Assembly: GCF_008831285.2 (NCBI RefSeq)
Contig: NC_045138.2
Coordinates: 10,168,001 to 10,232,000, forward strand
Source of the DNA: Nymphaea colorata
Taxonomy: Eukaryota
DNA: 64,000 nt
Direction: 5' to 3'
Positions 13,950-25,259 of the stretch are shown here, in pieces. Under the pieces are notes generated by a model, which saw only the letters and a program-made list of their open reading frames with translations, made no database searches and was not told the origin of the DNA. The stretch's first letter is position 1; each line of letters opens with the position of its first letter. A program made the position numbers and the translations under genes.

Positions 13950-14800
13950 AAAAATAGTCCAGGGTCCAAGGAAAGTGACCAAGCACTGCTGCATCCTGTC
14001 CAAGCAATAATAGGGTTTGGTTATTGGAGGTGTATCCAAGGCTAAGTATGTGGCACCACAAATGTTCTGCAACTGCCCCATGTTAGTAGTTCTTTGCATT
14101 ACCATACGTTTTTAACTTAATGTTTAAATGGCTTCTCTCAGCTTCAGTGATTAGGGTTTCAATGGGTGTAGATTGCTTCATTCACTTTCATGTGCAAAGA
14201 ACAAAATTCTCAACAAGGAGCCAAATACTATAAGTGTTGCTCAAACTGTATATAAAGCCATATTTTTTTATTTAAATGTCATGGGGTGGTGAAATGCACC
14301 ATTATTGATTATATATACTACTGATTTAAAGCATCGGTATGGATTGGCTATACTGAGCAACACATTTTCACTGCGAAAAAAAATTATAAGGGAAACAACA
14401 GCAGTGATTGCAGTGGTGAAAGTACGTGCCAATATAGAGCTATATCGGATGCAATACCAATAAAAAAATGTCACTACTATAGGCTTGTTTTCTTGTAGTG
14501 TCCCAGACTTACTTGGTTCACTTACTTCTTTAGGATATTGGCATCCATCTATTGAACCTTTAGTACTGCATTTTGACAAGATTTATGCTCTATATATTAT
14601 TACTATCTAACCAGCATACAATAAATCACAAGGCACATCAAACTCGATTGTCACTTTATTCTTGAGAAGGTTGCCCTTGGATCACTCATTACTCATTTTA
14701 TTCCTATAATGCATAAATTGATTCTACCAATTCACCAAATCTCTTCCTACACATCAGATTTCTTTCCATCAATTGAAGCATGGCCTATGGTCTATCGTAG
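13950..14800 (+). mobile_element. Degenerate Ty1/copia RT-RNase H remnant
   Basis: STCQYRAIS (resembling STEAEYRA, ~14420), LHFDKIYAL (resembling LYCDNxSAI, ~14565) and RHIKLDCHFILEKVALGSLITHFIP..FTKSLP (Copia RNase H C-terminus, ~14630-14750). Confidence 0.75.
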
Positions 14801-15299
14801 TTTCCAGGTTCACGATTGATAATGTTAAAGATATCATTCAAAAGAAGCTAACTCAATAGCATTGAAGCTCCCCACAACCATCATGAAGGTGGATAAATCA
14901 AAAGAAAATTATTTTGCGGAGATGGAAATCAAAATGGAAAGCAATTTGCAAGCAAGGAGGAAGATTTTCACGTGAGTTACTCCAAATATGAAAAAAATTA
15001 ATGTAAACAATAAGAATCTGGATACACCTCCTTCTTGGCAAGATAAACACAAATTTAATGATACTGAGGATCGAAAAGATGAGTTTGTCTACATGCCTCA
15101 TTCGACTAGAAGGAAAGTCAAGAGGTATGCAACCGATAGGTTTATTGAGAGATTTGCAATTTAGATCGGTTCTTTCCAATCCCATGACTGTAAGAGCTTG
15201 AAAATTTTTCCTACATGAAGATTCAATCTCTCAGCACCTTCTAGAAACCTCAACCTCGAACTTGAAATATTTTTCTATCTAAATATATATTAATGGTGA

Positions 15300-18200
15300 A
15301 TTAGATAGGTAAAGAACTTATTGTTCTAAGTTTTGCAAGTGGGCCAGGAGCATCGAGCTGACCCTAATTGGTATAATCTAGTGTTCGAGTGATTTTTATT
15401 GTTCATGGAGCCATGCATCTAATAATGATGGCATTCTATTTAAATCCCTATTGGTGCCAATTATGAATTGTGTTCTGCAATACTAAGTGTGGTTTAATAG
15501 AGTCATTAGATCTTGAGAATGCTTTCTTATTCGAATGATGTGTGGCCATCTTAATTATTATGTGATAGCTTAAGCATGCCTGAAATGTAAATGTTTAGGA
15601 TCATTTTAGGCTAGATATCGAATTAAGCACCTTCATCATTCTCGATTGTGTATTAATTAACATCCTAACATGATAACTACTTTGGATAGCTACATGCTAA
15701 TCATAGATCTATACTATTCTCCAATAGTTCGGCTAAGATTTTATGGAAATTGAATAATGATGAATTCCCTTTTTCCCTTATGATTGCAATGATATGTATT
15801 TAATATAATTGCATGGGTTTTTTAACTAGCTCTAAGAGCAATGACTGGATGCATGTCATCCTTACGAACGTGATTTGGGCTCAAGAAGTTTAACTGACCT
15901 AGATGATCATAATGTGTATGTTTTTCCACATCATTAATTCTTAAGAAATGTTAAGGCTAGTTGAACAAGGGAATATATTTTCGGTTACATCCCACTTTCA
16001 CCACTTGTTTTTCCTACCCAAAGTGCAAGTGGTACAAGGTCTCAAGACATCGTTGTGTGTTATGCTTAGAGTATTGGATTCCTTCATTCTCAACCTGAGT
16101 GTCCTAGGAAAGGCTGAGCAACTCCTCTTGAAATATGTTCTTTCATGATGAATTGCTCTACCATTGCAGCAAGTATGAATCAGCAGTCTTTCGGGCCAAC
16201 ACAAAGGTTGTCTTCTAACTTGAGGATGTGCATGGTGTGCACACTCCTATACTTTGCACCCATAAGAGCTATAGATTGAATATGAAAATGTGAATAAATT
16301 GATTATGACTAACAATGTGTATTGTTTGTGGTGGTTGGTTACATCCCTATATGATGTGGTACATGGAATGGATTGCATTGCTAGTCTAAGATAATGCACA
16401 TATCCACCTATGTGTAGTTGTAGCTGTGATTCTTCATATACTTTATTTTTAGATTTGAGCCTTTACTCTAGAGGGTTAGAGATTTATGTGGTTTGTTGTC
16501 ATACTTTGAAAACTTAGCCTTCTACTATTTCTCTTTTTCAAGTTCCTGAGAACCAAGCAGTAGGTTGATGAGAGTGCTTTACTCACATCCTACTGGGAAG
16601 TTTTGTGCACCGTCATGTTGGCATATTTTGCCTTGCTTTTATGGTCTATTGATGTCCTTTTTTGTTTGAACAATATTGTTTTGTTATGTTGTCATTTATA
16701 ATCATGTAAAGTCGTTTTGTATGAATAATCTTTTTTTCCTAAATAAAATAGTTGTCTTATATTTATTTTGAAATTTTAGCTCTTCTTTAATTGTTGTATT
16801 ATCACAACTTGATGGATTGTAGTAAAAGAAATGAAAAATCAATGTGTGACTACTTTGGTATTAGAGCTAAGGGAAGCTCCACTATGGATATGAGCAAAAT
16901 CCTAGTTTGAAAACTAGTTGCCTAGGTATGCACCACTTAGATAAGCTTATGTGGTATTTTTGAGTGTAAGTAATATTATATACATGTTGACATATGGAAG
17001 CATGATAGATTGTTGATTTGAAAATTTTATATCGATGTATTTTTTTTTTTGCTTGACTTGGAGAGTTTGCTATAGATTTTGTAACATGAATAGAGGTTCT
17101 TGGATGTATAGATGGGGCACCTACATAGGAGTAAGAATCAAGGTAGGCCAGCTAATGAGGTGCAGAAAGAGTCATGTTCAGCCCATTTAGATACACCTTT
17201 TAGAAGATTGAGCTTTGGGGCAACAAACTACCTAGACTACCGACGGTGCCCAAACCCCACTAATCTAGACCCCACCAGTAGATTCATAAATGATACTACT
17301 GACGACCTTGCAAACATTGACCTCCTTGGTCCAGTCGATGTTCGGCAACTAGAAAAGTCTAGGACATAGAGAGACTAGTGTGCCATACAAGGATAAGGCA
17401 ACTTTAGTATCCTTTAAGCAATTTATATCGATGAAGCCTCCTATTTTTACTAGACATGGCAACCGAATGCAATAGAGGAGTAGATTGAATAGGTGGAATA
17501 CATCTTTGAACTTCTCAAGATGCTAGAAGAAAAGAATATGAATTACAAATCATATTTGCTAAAAGCAAATGCAAAGTAATGGTGGTAATCAACTCATGAG
17601 ATCTTATTCACAAATCAACAGCCTATCATGAAAACAGTTTTGAGATGCCTTCTTTAGTACCTATTTTTCAATACAAGCGAGGAACAAAAATATGCTAGAA
17701 TTTTCAGAATTGCAGCAAAATAACATGGGCTTAGAGGAGCATATAGTGAAGTACTGATACTTGGAGGTGTACTGTCCACTTGTCTATATCACTGATGAGG
17801 CCCGAGTTGACAAATTTGTACATGGGCTTCAGGATAGTCCAACAAGGTGATATCCAACATACCTCATGATTTGGACGAGACTTTCACCATGGCATGGTGC
17901 ATAGAGGAGGATTGGGATGAACACAAAAAGATCACCATAAGAAGCCAAGTCAACACTTGAAAAGTGATTGGACATAGACCAAGCAAAGCGGCTTCATGGA
18001 AAGGACAAAGCCATATGAATACCGGGATGATTGAGTGTATAAATGGAACAAGCTTACAATGAGTAATACCATAAATGGGGCAATAACAACCTCAACTCTA
18101 CTACCTAAGTGTCTTGATTGCTTGTGTGTGCATCCCAGGAAGCCATGTTATTAAGAGACCGAAGTGTGTTTAAACTATGGCAACATGTTGCACTTCATCA

Positions 18201-19348
18201 AACACTATCCACAATTGTGGGAAAAGGAATTGAAAAAGCTTGATGCTAGTTACTTCGTCGAATGAACTACGATCCCATGATCTTATCAAAGGTACATCTT
18301 TTGTGGGTTCGCACATTGATAGAGTGTTGTTTGAAGTAGAGATGACTTATTCCTTCATATCCAATCAATATTCCACTTTATTGGAGGTGTCGGTCAAGAT
18401 TATGTTGTATATTTTCAAGATGGTCAGTCATATGCATGTTCAAGTTTCTTGTAGCCAGTACTTACCAGATGTAGATATAGAGATGCATGAGCATCACTTG
18501 CCTACATAGTTTGTTGATTATAAGCCTTTGTGTTTCGATGTTATTTTGAGCATAGATTGACTTATGTCTATCATGCTGACATAGATTGTAGAAAGAAGCA
18601 AATGCAATTATTGACTCATAGAATGCAGCCTACCAAATTCCATGCTTAGAAAGCTAATCAAAATGACAAAATAATGGTGCCCACACGTAAGAATGTTGAA
18701 TATGTAGTAAAATGCCTAGTTTGTCAACATGTCAAAGCAAACCATCAGTGGTCTAAAGGTTGTTGTAGAAGATAGACATTATGGTGTAGAAATGGGAGGA
18801 CATCATTATTGATTTTGTGGTAGGTTTGCCTCAGAATAGAAGACAACATGATGATATATGACTATATGAGTGATTGTTGACTGACTTACAAAGTTAGTTT
18901 ATTTTCTACCAATTAAAATCAATCAATCACTATAAAACCTCATAGAGTCATATATTAGTGAGATAGTGATATTGCACGGGGTACCAAAGTCTAGTATTGC
19001 ATATTGATCCATGTTTTACCTCTAGGTTTGGGGATAACTGTAAAAAAAATAGGTACTAAACTTAAGTTGAGCATAGAGTTTCACCCCCAAACTGATGGGC
19101 ATTGTGAGAGAACCATCCAAATATTAGAGGACATGCTACATATTTGTGTTCTGGACTTAAAGAAGAATATGACAAACATGTGAAATTGATAGAGTTTGCA
19201 TATAACAATTATATTACACTAGTTTTGAAATGACATGTTTTGAGGCCTTGTATGGGATCGTCAACTTGTTGGACTGAGATGATAGATCGTAAAATTGAAA
19301 ATTCTTTAGCTTTGCAAATTATAGCGACCAAATATGGTTGATAAGGAA
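15300..19348 (+). mobile_element. Old Ty3/gypsy Tekay-like element, left part (5' LTR end, PBS, gag, protease, integrase core; RT/RNase H missing)
   Basis: LTR end plus PBS gtgact-actt-tggtattagagc (PBS 16856-16867). The decayed gag ELQQNNMGLEEHIVKY*YLEVYCPLVYITDEARVDKFVHGL matches the gag at 23775. A protease remnant lies at ~18280-18600. Integrase motifs KCLVCQHVKANHQ, FHPQTDGHCERTIQILEDML and EFAYN lie at 18700-19210. The left LTR boundary is not resolved. Confidence 0.8.
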
Positions 19349-20635
19349 GAAGGAGAAGTGAGGAGTATGGTTGTGGGTTAGGCCACCTGCTTTTATTGTA
19401 ATTGAATGGATTATTGCATAAGAAGAGGTCGCTTTATGACCTTAGTAAAATGGAAACACTGTGTGTTGACCCAACCCTTCTCAAAAAGCCTAAACAGAAA
19501 CTGACTACATGGAAAACATTTTTAAAACTTCATTTGTACAAAAATATCTTGAAATTCGTGGACATGCTCTTGTATGAAGGTCCCCAATTCAACAGTCATT
19601 TCTCCCTACATAATGAAATCCTTGGAGTGATAGACCCTAATCTCTCATTCTAGTAATCATTCAGCTTCCTCCCTTCTAGAATCTGGTGCATCTTTCTCAC
19701 CCAATCCCCATTTGAGGAGGAGTTGACTATCCTTCACTATACTCCTTATGAACTCTAAGGATCCTTTCCAAGACAGCAAGATCAGCTTCATGGATCCTAT
19801 CACGCTGGCTCGTAATCATATCCATTCCCATCTAATCACTACCCAAAGAACTAATACCTCAAACTAGTGTGGGCCTTCGCATTTGAGATATTAATAAACA
19901 TGTAGTCACCAAAGGTCTACAACTTATCTTCACAATACAATCTGGTGGCAAGCCACAATATTAGTTGTTCTCCTCATTGGGAGAGCTCTTCCAAACCTTA
20001 CATTTAAAAGCTTCAAGAGAAGGTCTAATATTGTCATGGATGCGCCTACTTTTCTACTACCAAAGCCTCCCGCATACAATCAAAAAGACCATTCTCTAGC
20101 ACAGCACCTACACCTCCATTTCCCTCTAATTTTAACTTGAATCCATCTCTTTGAGTTCAGGGATGATTTCTCCCTGGAGGATTCTGACTTTGCCAAACTT
20201 GGAGGCAATATGCTTCTAGGCCTCTCTAGCAAGACTGCACTTGGTTAACACAAAGAATTATTCTCTTTATCCTGTCCACATATAGTGCACCAATTTGGAC
20301 ATTGGGTTCCACACTTTTTGAAACTGTCTATGGTCGGCTGTCTACCCTCACATGCTATGTAGGTATGCCAACAACATTTAGCATGAGCCTAGGACTGCCA
20401 TAAGAACTTCCTCCATGAGTCTTTATTCCTTGGACATTCACACTTTTGAATATCTCACCAGCCATAAAACTTTCTTTCTCACCATCATTCAACACTAGTT
20501 GATCATCTATCTCACTAAGAGATAGCTTAGACAAATAAATTCCTACACGACGTGTAACTATGGTGGGTACTCTCTGATTGTCTAATATGATTTGCTCTTG
20601 TATGAAGTTTCTCAAATTCATAATAATCTAGCCAT

Positions 20636-23202
20636 TGTAAGACCCACGATTTTTATTAAGTTTCCTTAAACATTTGGAACGTTAATTTGAGGATGAATTA
20701 TCAAATGGAAGATCAAATGATTTATAATGAACATCTCAACTGTCAAGTTTATCATAAATGAGATGTTTTTGGGAAAAGATAAGGATAATGATGTAACTGC
20801 AAAGGGGAAATCATCGTTTTACTTAGCATTAGAAGGGCACGTCCAACAACAGAGAGATTGAGAGAGATTGAGACTGAAGTTCGTGGCTGCTGGAAAGGAA
20901 CCAGAAGCAGAAGTTGCTGCCAAGATTTTTAGAGGTATGAGAATATTCAGTGATGAATAGCATGAAGCCATGTACTTTCTTTTGATTTTGTAGATACATA
21001 TACATGTACGTCTATGTATGCTTATGTCTGTAGTTCCTTGTGATTTTCAAGAAACAAAGCATGCTAGGTGTAAGGCATGTTGGTATCGGTTGAACTTTGA
21101 AACCTTTATGTGCTTTCATCCGTGAGAAACCAGAACTACAATCAACCCAAAAACAGAGCATGTCTCTCAAACCAACTACAGAAGAAAAACGGAGAGATAA
21201 ACATAGTTATACAGGGATAAAACGTAATAACACAATTGCAAAATAAAAAGGAGAGGGCAGCCCTGAACGACATCGACAGAGGGCAAGGCCTGCCCTGCTT
21301 GTCGTGCAAGTGTAGAATCAACACCTCATATTGAGGGAAATACAGTAGGTTTTATTGAAGAGCACTCGACCGACTGAAAAGAAAAAAAAAGGGGTTGCCT
21401 CTTCATGGTGGTAGCAGAGGCGAGTTGGGGAAAACAAGGACGACGACATTGAAGTTGCAGGCGTCCTCCCGTCGTTTCTCTATGATTGTCAGTTCATCCC
21501 CGTCGCAGCGAAGGTGAAGACTGAGGAAGACGCCATTGAAGCACCGGTTTTTGGGGAGGCTGGTTTCCACACTGTGGATCCGCTGGAAGAACGAGAGGAG
21601 AGGATGAGGCGGCGGCGAATGAGAGCGTCAGACGGTCGACGGAGCCGCAGCAGGAAGCCTAACGCTGGATCTGGTGCGAGACGGGGAGATCTCCCTCGTG
21701 CCGGTGTTGGGTCGCTGGAAACGGTGGAATCCCCACCGCTGGTCGAGCGAGAAGAAGACGGAGGACCAGCTCGTATGAGAGAGAAAACGAGGCGTGAAAT
21801 GAGAGAAAAAAAGAGAGTCGGCAGTTTTTATATTAAGTTGGAAAAATTTCAAAACGGGTCCACTAATTAGCAATAATTTATGGATAAGCTGTTAAATTTT
21901 GTAAATGTTCATGCCGCATCATTTTTGCTAAAAACCTCTTCAAAAAGAGGCTTGCGAAAGTGATTTTCAATAAGAACCAGATTTTAATATGAAATTGCGA
22001 TTTGATACCCTCCGGATTCTTGAAATTTCCAAAAGAGGGTTGTTACAAATTAAAAACGAAATGATATGTTTTATTACTTTTTGATGCTCGTTGTGGTGTT
22101 TAAAATTTCAGAAATATAGTTCTGAAAGTAACTTTGGAACCATTAGAGGAGGAAAGTCATGCTTTGGAGAATTTAAATATAAATTTTATTGTTTCAAAAA
22201 AAGATTATGATATTGTTAATCGATGTTTCTAGATGCAATGAGTTTTGCTCTATTGCTATTAAATTAAGATTTAAAATAGCTGAATTATTCTGTTTGGGAA
22301 ACCGAGCCTGAGGGCGGGCGGTTTCTGTGAGAGGTACTAGACGATGTCTAGCATTGGTAAACCCTCACTTTTGAAATTCGAAGGCGAAACGTGGACTTTG
22401 TGCAATGATTTATGCGAGTGCGAGCTTTCTGTTTTGCCCAGTGATCGGTTTCGTCCCGGGAGGTAGTGGTGCGTCTGAGCTCACTGTTGACGCACGCTCC
22501 TCTGGCTGTACTGGAGGGCCCACAAGGGCCCGGGGTACTGCTGCTGTGTTGGGAGAGAGACATCTCCTGGTCCCTCAAACCGGGTTCCTAGAGGGGCCAT
22601 GCTGCTGCAGCGGCGATCTGGGATATCTCAGGAGGCTTCACTTCAGGTACCCTCGATCTGTTGGATCGCCTGGTGAAGATATGTTCTGTTCTGCCCGTGA
22701 GTGCCCACGGGGATTTCTGTTGCTCGGCACGATGACCTTGACATTGTCAGAGGACCACGGTTGGAAGCCTACGAAATTTTGGAGGTTGTGCACACCTCGT
22801 TCTGTCTTTGGTGATGTGATATGTGTTAAGTTTCAGAAAACCTATGGTTGTAGTTCATAAGGTCTTTTTGGAATTGTTTTACGAAACTAAACATTATTTT
22901 GGGCCATGTTTCATTCATGGCTGGATTTTCTCATACTCAGAGGAATTCTGACCCTTCTTTCTATCTACAGGTAGTCATTGACAGATTTTGGCTTTGGAGC
23001 GACGACCTCAGTCTTGTGATGGACGGTCATTGGCATTCTGGACACTGCATCGGTTTTGGGGATTTGTGGTTATTTTTGTCTGGGTCCAAGTATTTTATTA
23101 TTGAAATAAAACAATGTCTTATGTTCTGGTCATGACTCAATATTGCTTCCGCTATTATAGAAATGAAAGAAAATTTTTGGTGTCAAAAATTGGGTCGTGA
23201 CA
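20636..23202 (+). repeat. 5' LTR (2567 bp)
   Basis: Starts tgtaagaccc and ends gggtcgtgaca (imperfect terminal inverted repeat). It is a direct repeat of 25260-27843. Confidence 0.97.
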
Positions 23203-23206
23203 ACTT

Positions 23207-23218
23207 TGGTATCAGAGC
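23207..23218 (+). promoter_or_regulatory. Primer-binding site complementary to the initiator tRNA-Met 3' end
   Basis: tggtatcagagc lies 4 nt after the 5' LTR end. Confidence 0.95.
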
Positions 23219-23408
23219 ACAGTGTCAAGAGTCAATGTCCAATGCCAAGGTCGATCACAAGCAGAGGAAAGGTCATCCAAGCCTGTTACGAATGTGTTTT
23301 TGATTTAGTGTGAATATTGAGTTTTAAAATTTTAGAGTAGCTTTAACGAATTGTTTTACTTACGAATACAATAGTTATATTTTGTGTTCCTCCGTGTGGT
23401 GTAGTTCA

Positions 23409-24830
23409 ATGGCACGTACTAGAGGAGGAAATGCTAGAGGCAGAGGCAGAGGCAGAGGACCTCGCAGCACTAGGAGTCGAAATGTGGAGACTCGTTCTAC
23501 CAGAGCTGGGACACCTGTTGGAAATAATCAACAACAACAAACGTTCATCATGAACACATTGCATATGATGACGGGAGTGATGCAGGGTCTGGTGCAGAAT
23601 GCTTCTACAGGAGGAACTAGTACAAACACAAACGAAACGACAATTGGTGAGGCAAGGGGAGTAACTCACCAATAGTTTATGAGTTTGCATCCTCCGAAGT
23701 TTTATGGGAAAGGCACTGCGGACGATGCCGAAGAATAGATAAAGGAAACAGAGGAGATCTTTACCACCCTGGAAGTGCCTGACAACAAGAAGGTTCGGTA
23801 TGGAACCTTTATGCTAAAAGGAGATGCTAAGGAATGGTGGTGGACGCAACGTGAGGTGAAGTTCGCAAATCATGAAGCGACCTGGGGAGAATTCAAGGAG
23901 GCCTTCACACATGCCTACATCCCAACCTTCACACGAGAGAAACGCATGCAAGAATTCCTGGACCTTCAACAAGGGAGTCTGAGTCTGCACGAATACATCG
24001 TCAAATTCAGACATTTGGAAAAATATTGCCCCCATGTGTATACTGCTGATGCGGACCGAGCAAATAAGTTCGTCAGAGGACTTAAAGACGGATTGCAGAA
24101 CCAAGTAATTAGTAGTCGTCCGAGAGATCTAGACGACGCTATCGACATGGCCACACGTCTTGAGGAGGGCTGGAACAGGATGCAAGGGACAAACAAGAGG
24201 AGTGAATTTATGCGATCCAAGTCGAGGCCAGACATGCGCAGCGACATGGTGAACCAAGGGGATAGATTCAAGAGACAGAGGCCATCAACATCCAGGCAGG
24301 ACGATGAATGTCCCACATGTAATCGCCAACACCCGGGCAAACCATGTTACAGAGAGGTCGGGGCATGTCTCTATTGTGGAAGGCGAGGACATTTTATTCG
24401 TGAGTGCCTGAAGAAGAAAGAGGCAGAACAGGGGCGAGGTGTAGCCAACCAACCAGCGGAGAAGAAGGTACCTGAGAGAGTTTACGCAACCACGGTTGAA
24501 GATTTGAGATCCACTGATGTGAATGAAGGTACCCTTCTTGTATAATCTCATTGTGCTCATATTCTGTTTGAATCTGGTGCATCGCATTCTTTTGTTTCTA
24601 AGAGTTTGTTGAAATTTTAAAGTTAGAAAGAAAGAATATGTTTGATTAATTGTTAGTCGCTACGCCCATGAAAAACAAAAACACATGTAAAACATATCTA
24701 GAAAATGTAAAAATAGAAATACATGGATCATTATGCGACGACAGATTGTAGAAGGAAGAAGCTGAAGATTCAGTTGGAGGATGGTCAAAAGATTAAATTT
24801 GGGGTAAAAACGCCCTAAGATCAAAGAAAG
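23409..24830 (+). pseudogene. gag: Retrotransposon gag-protease, disrupted
   Basis: ATG at 23409 (MARTRGG..). In-frame stops lie at 23673, 23736 and 24543. It contains the gag core LKGDAKEWW..TWGEFKEAF..FLDLQQGSLS and the CCHC knuckle CLYCGRRGHFIREC. The protease active site reads LFESGASHSF (D>E), and the FDVILGMDWL segment is absent. Confidence 0.9.
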
Positions 24831-24858
24831 TCGGTTGTCTCAGCAGTTAAGGAAAGAA

Positions 24859-25212
24859 AAATTGAGTCCAAGATACATTGGTCCATTCGAGATTCTGAAA
24901 AAAATTGGAGGGGTTGCATATTGAATTGCACTTCCACCACAATTTAGTCATGTTCATCCAGTATTTCACGTGTCGATGTTAAGGAAGTATATATCTGATC
25001 CTTCGCAGGTGATAGATTACGAAGAAGTTGATTTGCAAGAAGACATGACAACAAAAGAACAACCACTGCGGATAATAGATCGAAAGGAACACGTGTTGCG
25101 AAATAAGACTATCTCATTAGTTCAAATAGAATGACAACATCATAGAATCAAAAAATGTATGTGGGAGTTAGAAAAGGACATGAGAAAGAGTTATCCCCAA
25201 TTGTTTCAATAA
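24859..25212 (+). pseudogene. Integrase C-terminal GPY/F motif plus chromodomain remnant
   Basis: KLSPRYIGPFEILKKIGGVAY*IALPPQFSHVHPVFHVSMLRKY..EQPLRIIDRKEHVLRNKTISLVQIE*QHH..WELEKDMRKSYPQLFQ. Confidence 0.9.
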
Positions 25213-25247
25213 AGTATGCTGAAATTTTGAGGACGAAATTTCTTTTT

Positions 25248-25259
25248 ATGGGGGAAGGA
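25248..25259 (+). promoter_or_regulatory. Polypurine tract
   Basis: atgggggaagga lies immediately before the 3' LTR TG. Confidence 0.9.

Noticed and set aside
19400..19750. Second RNase H domain at the LINE 3' end
   Set aside because: Only a weak KGWVNT echo, too degenerate to support.
21514..22860. 118-aa and 151-aa ORFs duplicated in both LTRs taken as genes
   Set aside because: The duplication simply reflects LTR identity. The first starts at GTG and is low-complexity R/E-rich, and the second is disrupted by the 17-bp indel in the 3' LTR.
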